A DNA stretch of 64,000 nucleotides, from positions 18,228,001-18,292,000 of the forward strand of contig OZ316775.1 of the NCBI GenBank assembly GCA_973851085.1. Reading direction: 5' to 3'. How positions within the stretch are numbered: position 1 is the first letter of the stretch; every line of letters begins with the position of its first letter. The translations under genes were made by a program, and so were the position numbers. This DNA is from Ptychomitrium polyphyllum (lineage: Eukaryota). The notes below the pieces were generated by a model, which saw nothing but the letters and a program-made list of their open reading frames with translations, was not told the DNA's origin and made no database searches. Below are positions 52,045 through 64,000 of this stretch, in pieces.

Positions 52045-52854
52045 ATGCCGAAGCCATCCGGCGTTTACCCCTTAGCCCGCTGCAAAATCATCCACCTCGT
52101 GCGCCACGGCCAAGCCACTCACAACAAAGCCCGCATCGACAACCCCACCGACAACGTCTACGAATCCGAAGACTACTTCGACGCGTCCCTAACCGACCTC
52201 GGCTGGAAGCAAGCGCAATTCCTGCGCGAGCACATCGCCAATACGAACTCCATCAAGCCCCAGCTCGTCGTCACGTCGCCCCTCTCCCGCTGCATCCAAA
52301 CCGCCATCGGCGCCTTCGGATCAGGTAACTCCATGCGCCCCTCGGAGTCCAAGTTCAACGCCCTCATGCTCGACAACGTCGCAGGCACCCGCCCAGGAAT
52401 CTCAGCAGAAAGGTGCCCAAAATTCATGGCCGTGGAGTGGTGCCGCGAGTGCATGGGCCTGCACCCATGCGACCGGCGCCGCAGCGTCTCGGAGCTTCAA
52501 GAGAACTACCCCGCCATCGACTTCTCCGATATTGTCAACGACAACGACGTGTACTGGAAGGCGGATAAGCGCGAGTCCGAACAGGACGTGCAGTACCGCG
52601 CGGCCGCGTTTGCGAACTGGTTGTGTAACCAGACTGAGCAGCGAATCGCCGTGGTGGCGCACAGCGGGTTCATCTGGGAGTTCACTCGCTTGTTCGGGGA
52701 AGACGTGACAAGCAAGGTGCGAGGGGAATTTCAGGAAGGGTACGGGAATTGTGAGCTGCGATCGGTGGTGATGGTCGACAAGCAGGGCATTGGGCAGCCG
52801 TTTGGGAGGACGGATTTCCCCGGGTGCTCGGAAAAATACTTCCCTGGTCAATGA
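52045..52854 (+). CDS. Phosphoglycerate mutase-like protein (histidine phosphatase superfamily), single coding exon, 269 aa
   Basis: IHLVRHGQATHN, DASLTDLGWKQA, VVTSPLSRCIQTA, CRECMGLHPCDRRR, IAVVAHSGF, YGNCELRS. Uninterrupted ORF with strong C/G-ending codon bias. Confidence 0.93.
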   Translation: MPKPSGVYPLARCKIIHLVRHGQATHNKARIDNPTDNVYESEDYFDASLTDLGWKQAQFLREHIANTNSIKPQLVVTSPLSRCIQTAIGAFGSGNSMRPSESKFNALMLDNVAGTRPGISAERCPKFMAVEWCRECMGLHPCDRRRSVSELQENYPAIDFSDIVNDNDVYWKADKRESEQDVQYRAAAFANWLCNQTEQRIAVVAHSGFIWEFTRLFGEDVTSKVRGEFQEGYGNCELRSVVMVDKQGIGQPFGRTDFPGCSEKYFPGQ

Positions 52855-53751
52855 CGTGATCGACTTCAGGTTGTGGTTTTCCATGTCGTGAGATGAGTGG
52901 GGATTCGTGCAAGACAAGGATGCGAAGGTTGGTGTCTGTTGTACTTACCACAAGGATGTAAGGTAACCGCTCCTGAAACCATTATAAGATTCTCCTCGAG
53001 GAGGTTGCGAGTGGGCTTGAAGCATGCGTAGTTCGAGGGCCACTCGTTGCAAAAAAGAATCACATTTCATCAGAGTTGTTCATGGTCAAAGGTGAGAGTA
53101 AGTAGGCTACTTATAGTAGAGTAGGTGAAAGCAAAACAACCCGAGGTTTTGTCACTAATCAAAATCAAAACTGTTCCGACTTCAAAGAAAGTAGATAAGT
53201 GCATACTCCTACTTCTTCGAGGGTTTTGGATATCTCTTGATTCTGAAGATTACTTCACAGAGGTCCTGGCATGCGATTCGCTGAAGATTGAATCGGATTA
53301 AGGATGAGCTTTTAGATGGATTACTTAACTTCTGGATTCAAAATCTAACGGGTAGAAAGATAGAGAGGCGTTGAAAGATAGAAGACAAAGGCAGCGTATG
53401 TTCAATCGTCTTTTGATATTTCTAAAACTGCTTGTCACGCTCGCAGCCTAGAATCAGGTTCAAAGTTCGCCCCTGCTCCTTCCGAGTATCCATGTCGGAA
53501 AACAAGACAGCGTATTTATGAACATTTGTATAGCTTCCCTGCTTCACTGCAAGAGCCACCAACATGTATACATTTGTAGCCTACATGAACTGTGGCCTAC
53601 CATCATCTATGCAGAAACATTAAAACCAAGTATAATGGTTCCTCCTATTCACGACTTCGTAAAGTTATCATTAAAATGTTCTCCAGTTCCTCGAGTGCAA
53701 AAAAGTATGGTAACAAAAGAAGCGCAATTGAAAGAGAATGCCAGTTCGGAG

Positions 53752-55905
53752 TCAAATCAGTGAATCCAGCTCTCCCTTTTTTAGAACAGATGAAACGCCT
53801 AGAGGCATATTGTCCAACGGATGATTCTCATCATCCCTCGGTGGAAGAATGCAGCACTCCGCAAACTCATCCTTGTTAAACGTGTAAGCATATGGCAATG
53901 CAGTAAGGATCTACAGCAGCCCACACCAAGTTGAAACTGAGAAACATTTCACAAAATATGATCACGAGTAGTTCTAGGAATTCTCCATGTGGCTATTATA
54001 AGCACGTTGAACTCATGAATGCGCTCAAACAACGTCTCAACGCTCGATGTCATGTGCAAACTCAAAAATACAACTAATCAAGTGACCGATTAGGGAGGGA
54101 CTACCTGCAGTCGAAGCATTTCCAGGTCCGAGTAGCCCCCAAGGTGGGAGATGAGACATCGCAGGACATTCCCATGAGCCACAAGAAAAACGTTGCAGCC
54201 TTCTTTCAGGCGCGGCTCAATGGTTGCCTTAAAAAAGCCAACGGACCTTGTGTATGTATCCTACAGGCACAACGTTGACAAAATATCTCTGCATCACTCA
54301 GTGGAGCTCAAAGGGGGTTCAAAGCATCTTGAAAAAAGCATGGTCAAGTGTTTCAAAGTAAACAGGCTCCACTACTGCATCCAATCGTGTCGCTCACTTG
54401 TAAGCTCTCCCCATTCGGAGGCCGCGTATCATAACTTCGTCGCCATTTTGTCACCGTTTCTTCCCCGAACTCCGCAATTGCTGCTGTTTTGTTCAAGCCC
54501 TGCAATTTCAAACATGTTTTGCCTTCAGAGAAGAGCTAAGTCGAAGTACTCGTATCTACACCACTGTCAGCGTCCAAAGCAGTATACAAATAACGCCAAA
54601 TGAAATGGCGTCCTCTAAGAGAAAGCTCCTCACACCAACAAGGAATCACAAAATGAATCCATCAATCCCTGCTATTGAAGGGCAACTACACATAAGCTTC
54701 TGTCTAAATTGCTCCTTCGTCCTAATGATATGAAGTGACATAGAAGGATATTCGGAATTAACCTGGAGGTCCCCATAGCAGCGTTCATTAAGAGCAGGAT
54801 CCGCATAAACAGGCACCATTCGACATGAGGCCGTTTCAAGCGCCTTGGCGGCTGCATCACGAAGGCGAATACGATTCGCATCCCCCGTCTTCCCCTTCCC
54901 ATAAAATCCTCCCCTCACCAACACGGGAACTCGCTTGAACTTGCTCTGCTCACACAAAAATCACAAAATATGCTTATCGCTCCAATCCGACTAAGTAAGG
55001 GGCCACCCTAACAACTGCTTCGCGAAGAACTCGGAGTACACTTGAACAGAGGCCTTGTCACAAAACAGTCTGGACTTCGAGGATTATGTGTACCTGGGTC
55101 ATTGCAATGAGGGCCGTCTGCTTGGCTCGAACAAGCCGGCTAGTGAAAACAATGTCAAAGTCGATCTCACTCACAGCTCTCCCGCCTGCCAACGCCTCAT
55201 TCACTCCCTTCTCCGTCAGCGGAATGTCAACGTCTCTGTAACCGGAGCCACCATATCAGAAACTCGAAAATCAATTCCCTCTACCTCATGTACCATCATT
55301 CCTTCCAAAAGACATCCGGGGTCTAGGTTTAACCCTCGATTTAAAATTTCACTGCCTCAACCAGTAACACGCTCCTAAACCACACAATCTCCAGACAAAC
55401 ATCAAATAGCTCCTTCAGATTCACTTCAACTCGCACCACAATACAAACTTATCACTAAACCTAATTTACACAAACAGCAATTGCACCCAGAAAAGAACGA
55501 GCAAAGCTTCACATACCCTGTGAACAGCTTCAAGTCATTCCACATACTTTCACCTGCTCCACCACCAATCCACCCAAGAACCACGTCAACAACCTCTCAA
55601 TCGCAGGTCAACTCCCAACACCCACCCTTCCATAAAGCAAATTCACAATCAGCAAAACCGCAATTCACAAACGCCAAGCAATCGCCCTCTCCAAGACCCC
55701 AAAACGCAACACCGAAAAGTAGTCAGCCTGGCCTACCATGACGCATGAGAACGAGCTGGCTTTGCACGCTGGAGGTACTGGAGGCGACGGCAGGCACGCC
55801 CACCCGCTGCTTGTCAGGCGGCACGGCCACTGCCCTGATAGTCCTCCCGCCATAGCTGCTGCTCATGTTGGCCATCGCTGCCAGATGCACGCGGCACGCA
55901 GCCAT
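53752..55905 (-). CDS. gpmA: 2,3-bisphosphoglycerate-dependent phosphoglycerate mutase (gpmA-like), probable plastid transit peptide, 7 exons
   Basis: [86 protein letters not shown], and a last exon ILTALPYAY...DSLI* ending at 53752. The N-terminus is Ala/Ser/Arg-rich. Confidence 0.9.
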
Positions 55906-56685
55906 CCCGCCTCTTCAATCAATCTCGGTCCCACTCGATCACACTCTTATCACACTCTGTCGCTGAACTCAATAAAACTGCGAACTGTGAGCGCAGACTG
56001 AAAGATCATTGTCTGAGACCGGAAGCGGATTCGGAGATCAGCAGTGGTTACAGGCAGGCTTGCAACGCAGCCGCTTTGTGAGATACCCGCCAGTGCATTA
56101 CATGTATATTGAACCAGCAAAACCTGAGTATATCCTAGGTATATGATTGGAAGTGGACACCGAAACCATTTGCAGACCGGTGGTGATAGGAATTCAAAGA
56201 GCACCGCGAACGAAGAGTTGACTCGTTGTATCATGATGAATGTGGCCGCAGTGACCACATGATGGATTGTTCCCGTCGCGAGATGCCCGCCTGATATGAC
56301 CTGGGGTCATACTGGTGTCATCCGCGTATTGACCAGGTATAAGCTTGGAAGTGGACATGGGAAGCTTGTGCAGACTGCTGGTGGGTGGATTTTGAAGAGT
56401 TGACTAAGATATCTCGAAAAGTGTGGCAGCAGAGACCACATGGTGAAGCGCCTCCTTGGCGCCGACTGCTCCTCTTATATCTCAGGTGGTGAGAAGTCCT
56501 CTCCTCGGACATTACATGCTTAAGTTGAGTGGCTCCGTTGTTTACTGCATTCCCTAGGTTGAGGGGTTTCTTATCGTAGGATCGAACGCTCTTGAGAATT
56601 CAGAGAGCACGAATTGGAGGTGGGGCTCAACGTCTCGTTTTCGTCCGCTGACGTGGTATTTGGTTTTGCAGTAAGGAATGATGTG

Positions 56686-56750
56686 AATGGAAAATTGGAA
56701 AATTGGGAAAATTGGGAAAATTGGAAAATTCTTTCTAAAATGGAAAATTG
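56686..56750. repeat. Short tandem repeat, 9-10-bp unit GG(G)AAAATT, about 5-6 copies
   Basis: AATGGAAAATTGGAAAATTGGGAAAATTGGGAAAATTGGAAAATT, at the boundary into the AT-rich tract. Confidence 0.8.
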
Positions 56751-59700
56751 TGCAAGTAAGGTGCAACAAGTGTAAATGCCTTAGGGATTTGAATGAATAT
56801 TTTTAAAATGGTAAATTGTTTTTAGGATTGTCATACTTTCCAAATTTTTAAGGAATGTATTATTTTTTACTTAATCCAAGTAAAATTACCACAAAGTGTT
56901 GTTCTCACAAATCTAATGCATAATAAGATGGTACATCTTTTTTGAACCTCAATTTAATATTCTTCAAGTCCATTCTCCAGCTTTCAAGATAATCCCAAAA
57001 TGGAAATGTAGCTCATTTGTATACAAATGACATCAAGAAAATGGAAAAGAAACTTAATGATCAATTTCCTAAGTTGAGATTTTGGGCAAATATGAATATC
57101 CAATGAACAAGAATTTTCATGTAGAGAGATACCATGTAATTTAAAAAATGTTGTAAAATACTAATATGTAATCTAAATAATTATTTAGTTAATTTAAATC
57201 TTATGATCTATTTTAATTTAATCATTACATGTACTTTGTTTACTAGCTGTAGAATTAAAATCTACTTACTAAATTTAATCCGTAGTAAAAAAACTTCCAT
57301 ACTTTCCATTCATTAGAATTGTAACTTAGTAAGCCTATGCCTACTATTATTTTCCATAATTAGAATATTTTTTAACCAACCTCATTTATAATCTTAATAA
57401 AATAAAAACCTTTTAATGTATTTTGCACTCAAAATTTAAACTTAATAAAATTTATATCAATCTAAATTTATTGTTTTAATATGATTAACTTTGGTGTTTT
57501 TTAAAAATTGACAATCTCATAGCTTCTATAATACTTTTCATTGTTCTAAACATGCTACATACAAAAAAGTTTTAATTTATGATTTTGCTTTAATTAAAAG
57601 AAAAAATTAAAAATGACAATTTCAAAATGATTATTATAAATGAAATATGTTTTTTTGCTACTCAACAGCTCTAAGCCTAAAAGATGTAGGAAAATATTTT
57701 CTAAGTAAAATGTGCTCAAATTTTTTTAAACATTTGAATATCTTATATACAAAATTCATATATTATTTGATTTTCTTGAAAATATTTTTTAATGAATTCA
57801 AACATAAATATATGTATACAAGATATGAATTGTTCTTCTTATATACTAATCATGGATATTCTTTTATTCCAATTCAAGGAGTAAATAGTCAAATATTTTT
57901 TATTTTTTTAATCCTATGATTTAATTTTTTTTCAAATCTTCATATAAATTAAGAGTTTTTTAAATAAAAAATTAAATATGAAAGTATTATAATCATGTAT
58001 GATATAATATTTCTTATACATTAGTCATAAAAAATTTCATTACCAAAGATTTTTTGTATAAAGAATTATATTTTAAATTATTAATATATTATATTTTTTC
58101 TATAATATATAACTATGTTCATAAATTATAGTGATTAAAAGTATAATTGTCATGACTATAGCAATGCATCATTTGATTTAAAAATCAATACAACTTATAT
58201 GATCTAAATTTGTTTTTATATTCATATATAAAATGTGATTTGATGCAACAATATATAAATAATTTTAAAACATCTATAGATAAAAATTACATAAGTTTCA
58301 TAAAGTATTCAAAATCGAAATTCTTTAGTTTTGAAATTTTTTTATTTAATTTTAAAAAATACGAAGCATTCAAAGTAAAAAATTGTTGCAAACCATTAAA
58401 TTCAATTGCATATTTTAAGATTTTCCAATTTGAAGTAAATTGTAAATGCTTCTAACTTGATGGATTATTAAGTCCAAGATAAGTTTTTCAATATTCATAA
58501 TTCATATTTAAACATGAGAGCAATAAGTGATGGAATGTAGATAAATGTCTTTTATCTGCTTTAATTATGACCTTTCAAATAGTAAATTTCTTCTTTATAA
58601 TAATCATTAAACATTGATAAAATGGCTAAGGCTTTAAACCTAGTGAATAGGAAGGGATTACATAGTATATAAAAATTATTTCATTCAATAGTAATAAATA
58701 AATATAATAATCTTTTATTTAATAACACTCAACTATATTCATTTTTATTTTTAGTACTAATTTTTACTGTAGGATCTTAGTTTAAATCTTTATTGTAACA
58801 GTTTTATAGATTTGTAGCGCTAATAAACATTCTACTTTTCTGGTAATATATAGATAATGATTTATTTACAAAACAAATTCAAACACATATCACAATCATA
58901 GAAAAAAAAATTGAATTAATTACAACAAAAAAATTTTGGATTTTTATTTGTTGGTTTTGGCCATTGAAATTGGATGAAATCTTTTCTTTTAGAATTTTCA
59001 TTCTTACAATTAAAAATAAAATTTAAAATAATTTACACAAATTCAACTTTGATTAATAATAAGTAGTAATTCAGATTACAATTATAAAGGTTTAAAAGTC
59101 AAAGTAAGCATCATAATAATCTACTCCATGAATGTGAAAGGAAGTTATAAAAAGAATTGGAATTTTTGAAAGAAACAATAATAAACTATTTAAGTTATAA
59201 TATTTTTTTTTCTTTGGAACTGCTATTTAAACTTCAAAATCCTCATATATTGTGTATAATACAAAATATTGTGAATTTTTTGGTGCATTGTATAGAATAA
59301 ATTAAAAATAATTTATAGTAGTGTTTATAAAATGAACTGTAGCCTTTCAATTCTATCATATTAGAAACATAAGCACAAAAATTTGATGCAATTTGGAAGT
59401 AGTATTTTTATATACACAGTTGTTAATTTGCTTAAATCAAGAGCTAGTATATAATGGTGCATCCCATAAAAGATGTCAATGGAAAGATTGAGAGGAAAGC
59501 AAATAGATGTCTAAGGCTTTTAGGATGTTGAAAGAAATGGCATTTGTTGTATAAATAAGGATTGCCATAAACAACAAATTGGATATGAGAACCATTAGTA
59601 AAATTGTTGTAAATTTATCCAAATAAAAACTATTATAGTAATCCTTCAAATTCAAAAATCTTTAATGTAATTAGTCTCCAAGTAATTCAGCAAAGAATTT

Positions 59701-62481
59701 TGATAATATTGATTTGTAGTTCATATTATAAAAGTGCTATTTGAATGATTTCAATTATCAAACCGCTTAAAGACAAACTGCACCTACCATCACCATCAAA
59801 CTTGCAATTCCCTAGTCACCACCTTTCAATAATTACAATTCAAATAAAAATTGCTCACTTTATGCATACAAAAGGTTCTACTTGTATTGGAGGGAATTAA
59901 GGTGCACATGCACAAGCATGGAAGAAACTTCTTTTTCAACAATCAAATCTATTTTTAGCTGTAAAATTAAAAAAAAAACAAAGAAGAATTGTTTCTACTT
60001 TACTTACAAAATTCCACATACTTGGTAGAATTTAGTATAGAAGAAGAATTAAAAAAAGAAAATGCAACAATTCAAAAATTACAATAATTCTTAAATTAAT
60101 TGCCATGTGAACATAGGAAAATGTATAAAGCATGAGTTAAGTTATTTTTCATTCCACAAAAGAAAACCATTAGTTCAAGTGTAAAACAAAACCTAAGGTT
60201 TTATTAAATGATTATACCACCACCTTTAAGTATATTCAATTAGGCATTTTTTTTTTTTCAAACTACACTTATAAACTTGATTTGGCAAAGAATGCCAAGT
60301 CTAGAGAATTTTTTCATTTAAGGCCTCTTTTAAATCCTAATTGGTACTAAAAACAAACTAATTTGCATTACATTTCATTCATTCAATATGTCTTGGAATT
60401 TGATGCCATATTACGTGATACATTACATTGCTTTCATTATTAAAGAGTAACTTGGAAGTGAATTTAAGATAGCAAAACTATCTTTAAAAGAAAACCTATA
60501 AGAATATGTTTAACATCATTGTAAAATATGTTTTTTAAAAGAAGCTAGTTAAAGAATGCAAGTGCATTTTAAAAATTGGTTTTAAGATGCAAATTTGTTA
60601 TTGCTAGCTAAAGTTTACTCAAAGATATCTAAATTAGAATGTTGATGATTGAAACCATATTATATTTATTACTGAAACAAAGATAAAGAAATTTGTCTCA
60701 AACAATAATTATGGTGTGGAATAGGAAATAGAGAGCACATTAAAATCCAAATAAAATAATTTCAACTTATTTATGAGACTATGGAGCAAGGTGATAGGTT
60801 GGTTATGATTTGAAATTGTGATATTCCTTTTGAATTGAAAGTTTGGTATATAATTAAAGGTAGAATGGATAGACATGTATATTATCTCATTTTGAAGCAG
60901 TTTTTGAAGTATATCATCCAAAATTACAATTTAGATCCTAGCAAGCTGGTATTCCAACACAATAACATTTTAAAACACAAATAAAAGCCATTTCAACTCT
61001 TCTATTGCCTCATACAATTGGTAAACATAAATATTATTTTACGATTTTGAGCACTTTTAAACAACATATGAATGAGTATATTACACTTCAAAATAGAGTC
61101 AAGAAGTATATGAATGTGTATGTCCTATGTATCCAAAACTCAGTGAGAAGAATTGCATGGCGTTTTATGAAAGCATGCAATACAGAATAAACATTATATT
61201 GAAACTAAAGGCTCCTGCACCAAGAATTAAAGATTGTACAATCCGGTTGAACAAAACTGAGCACTTGTATATAATTTCTGGCTATTGTTGTAATGGGCAC
61301 TATTACCTGTGTATTCATAAGCCTGTATACAGTTACATCCAAAGGTGGCAGTTTCGCATTATGTGTCCGTGTCTTGTAGCAGAAAAGAAGCCGAAAAAGA
61401 CAGCCTTCAGGAATATCGGACAGCCACCTACAGTTGTCATCATACCTATAGCCGCTATATCTATAACCGCCATTGTAGCCATAACCGTCGTTATCTAACG
61501 TAAGCACACAAATGAGATTGAGTGGCTCCAGCTCATAATTTTCGAAAAAAAGTCACCTTTTTGTTGGTTTTTTTATAAAAAGAAGGCAAAGCTTTTGCGA
61601 CCCCCGATCACGTTATCGCAGTTTCAGTTGCGCAGAGATGATAGATCGTTGTGGGGAGCGATGGTCGAGTGTGGAGTCTGGACGTTGTGGCGTTAATACC
61701 AACATGCTCTTGGAGTGAGGTATAAGTGAGCCAGTCACTGTAGCGAGAATCTGGCGCCGAAGCTATACTGAAAGTTTTGATTCGGTGCTGTGGGTCGTTG
61801 GCTCGACGGTTTGTGTGCCCATGAAGGTTCATGGAATCTCGAGAATGAGTGCGGGTCCCTTCATGTCGTAAGTTTGCTTGGAGGATCGTGCATGCCACGT
61901 TAGTCTTTGGTAGAAAAGTGTAGAGTTTTTGGCCTAGCCGGACAGGAACTGAAAGAGCCCGTAACTTGCTTCAAAGGCTTTCTAACTGAACTTTCTCGTG
62001 GCCAGGAAACGTTACCGCAGCTTTGATAATTTTATGTTTGTTTTGTTGTGATTCTGAACGGAATGAGGGTTTCGTTGCAAGGAAGTAACTAGCTTTGAAG
62101 TCGATGGAATCTTGTCCTTGGTTGGAGCTTCGGTTCATGGACAAAGGCACAGCTTTGCTGTTGTCTGGTGCGTGGGCATTCGGAGATCCAATCCTGCAAG
62201 TCAGGTAACCTGGTTTCGTGTTGCAGGAGATACGTAACTGTTGCTGTTGCGGTTGGTGTGTGGTTCATGCGGTTCGGAAGACACGACCTTGTGTTAGAGG
62301 CCTTGTGCTTTGATTCGTTGTGGTCAAGGTGGTTGGAATGAGGGGTCACGAACTGCTGCCAACTAATCTCTGGAGCTGGTGAATGAAGACGAGGAGAAGG
62401 GTGAGGATCACTCTCGACCTGTTTGTTAGCGAAATGTCTTTTGTGGATATTTTTTCGAGAAAAGTTGATCTTTTAAGCTTT

Positions 62482-62870
62482 TGGAGTTATAATGAAGGCA
62501 CCCGATAAGTTTGCGTGTGTGTGAGAAAGCTCCCTGTCTTTGTGAGATGTTGGAGTGGGTTTATGTCACGCTTAGTGTGTGTTGTTTTAATGAGTGTCGA
62601 AATTCCATGCATAGTGGAGATCACAAAGGGAGGGAAATACTCAAGTTTTGTAGTTGTGCCCTGTGTTTTTCCTTTCTTGTATAAGGCGATGCAAAATTTC
62701 AGTTATGGGCTACTCACTCTGTCTTCGTGAGGGAAACGTCGTCTGTACTCGCGTACCCATTTGAGCAGAATCTCTTAGTACGTTCTGGAGTTATAATGGA
62801 GGTACCGGATGAGTTTGGGTGTGAGAGAAAGCCCCTGTATCTGTGAGGCGTTGGAACGAGTTTTCGTCAC
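62482..62870 (+). repeat. Degenerate direct repeat of about 88 bp (62482-62569 and 62786-62870) upstream of the GGH start
   Basis: TGGAGTTATAATG(A/G)AGG(C/T)ACC(C/G)GAT(A/G)AGTTTG...GAGAAAGC...TGTGAG...GTTGGA...GTCAC occurs twice, about 304 bp apart. Confidence 0.75.
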
Positions 62871-63110
62871 TTTTTGTAGGTTGCTTTAGTGCGCACAAGA
62901 TTTTATGCACAAACGAGATTACAGAGAGATTTGGAAGTCTGTACTTGTGAGCAGGCCTTTCTTGTCTTGTGTAAGATGGGAGTTTCAGTTACGGAACGGC
63001 TCTGTCTTTGACTTGTATGACATGCAAGATTTACGGTCAGATCTGTGAATTGTAGGAAAGTCAGGGGGGTTGCTTTTGAAGTCGGTGCATACTGAAGGCG
63101 AATCGTGGAA

Positions 63111-63909
63111 ATGGCGATTCGTGCTGCTGCTCTGCTGTGCCTCTTTCTTCTGTACTGCGTTGCGACTAGTGCAGCACGCGTCCCTAACATCAAGTTGCCG
63201 TCTCAGCGTCAAGAGAGCAACCGCGATGTACCTCTCAATAGTAGACCTCTAATTGGGATTTTGTCTCAACCAGGAGACGGATGTAATCATGAAACCAAGC
63301 TTGGGAGTGACGACGCCAATGATACAACGTCCTACATTGCTGCTTCGTACGTGAAGTTCGTGGAGTCTGGGGGCGCTCGAGCAGTTCCTCTAATTTACAA
63401 CGAGCCTGAGGAGTTACTCAGAAAGGTCTCGCCGTCTACCTCCACTTTAACCTAGTTTTTCAAACTTGAGTCATGACCATTTTTCTTTTCATTTTTTTGG
63501 GTTACCATGTGTGTTTACCAGGCAAAAATTGTTTTTCTATTTGGTGGTTCTGCTTGTAACAGAAATTTGCCGCCATCAATGGAATTCTGATTCCTGGAGG
63601 TGCAGCTAGCCTGGAGGACACCCCCTTCTACCGTGTTTCAGAGAAGCTGTTTGACGTACGCATCTGTTTCTCTTCCAAAAAGAATTCGCACATGAAATCT
63701 GCCGTCAAGTCTTTCTGTCGCAATTTTTGTCAGAATTTGTTCTATTTCGCAGTCTCAATGCATTCGGTTTGTAAACGAAAACTCATCCCGAGCCCCCTTA
63801 TTGTGGGGTTTTCGTGCAGTGGGCCCTTGAAGCGAACGACCGTGGAGACCACTTTCCTATCTATGGCGTCTGTATGGGCTTTGAGCTTCTGAGTATATAT
63901 GCGACCAAG
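63111..63909 (+). CDS. GGH: Gamma-glutamyl hydrolase (peptidase C26), 5' part; exons 63111-63425, 63563-63655, 63820-63909; continues beyond the window
   Basis: Signal-peptide-like MAIRAAALLCLFLLYCVATSAA, then RPLIGILSQPGDG, SYIAASYVKFVESGGARAVPLIYNEP, INGILIPGG, and GDHFPIYGVCMGFELL containing the catalytic Cys. Confidence 0.95.
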
Positions 63910-64000
63910 GTAGGTTTTCATCATCTGGGCTGCGTGAAGATTAGGTCTGATGCATTTCAGAACTGTAAATCCTTTTCAATAATTTCTGTCAATGTCCACA

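Noticed and set aside
52402..52917. 171-aa minus-strand ORF
   Set aside because: Antisense open frame expected from the strong GC3 bias of the PGM-like gene.
56800..61200. Short ORFs and possible organellar or TE origin of the AT-rich tract
   Set aside because: The ORFs are F/L/I/K/N-rich compositional artefacts. No RNA gene, organellar gene or transposase motif was recognised.

Overview
Eukaryotic nuclear DNA with intron-rich genes of moderate GC separated by long, very AT-rich tracts (about 5.0-13.5, 27.3-29.7 and 56.8-61.2 kb). Gene content and composition suggest a moss, but this is inference. Left to right: a remorin; a small two-exon Arg-rich gene that the ORF track misses; a kinesin-4 with a repeat-expanded tail; a divergent AUX1/LAX-like permease; an F-box-less Tubby protein (-); a RAD54B-type SNF2 translocase (-); a decayed block holding protein kinase, HSPA12-type Hsp70 and AP2/ERF pseudogene sequence; two convergent histidine-phosphatase/phosphoglycerate-mutase genes; and the 5' part of a gamma-glutamyl hydrolase. 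Best leads: the protamine-like Arg-rich gene (3786-4509), the kinase + HSPA12 chimeric relic (49137-50161), the cilia-type Tubby and RAD54B. No rRNA, tRNA, CRISPR array or intact transposon was recognised. All exon boundaries, translations and family calls were made by eye, with no database search.
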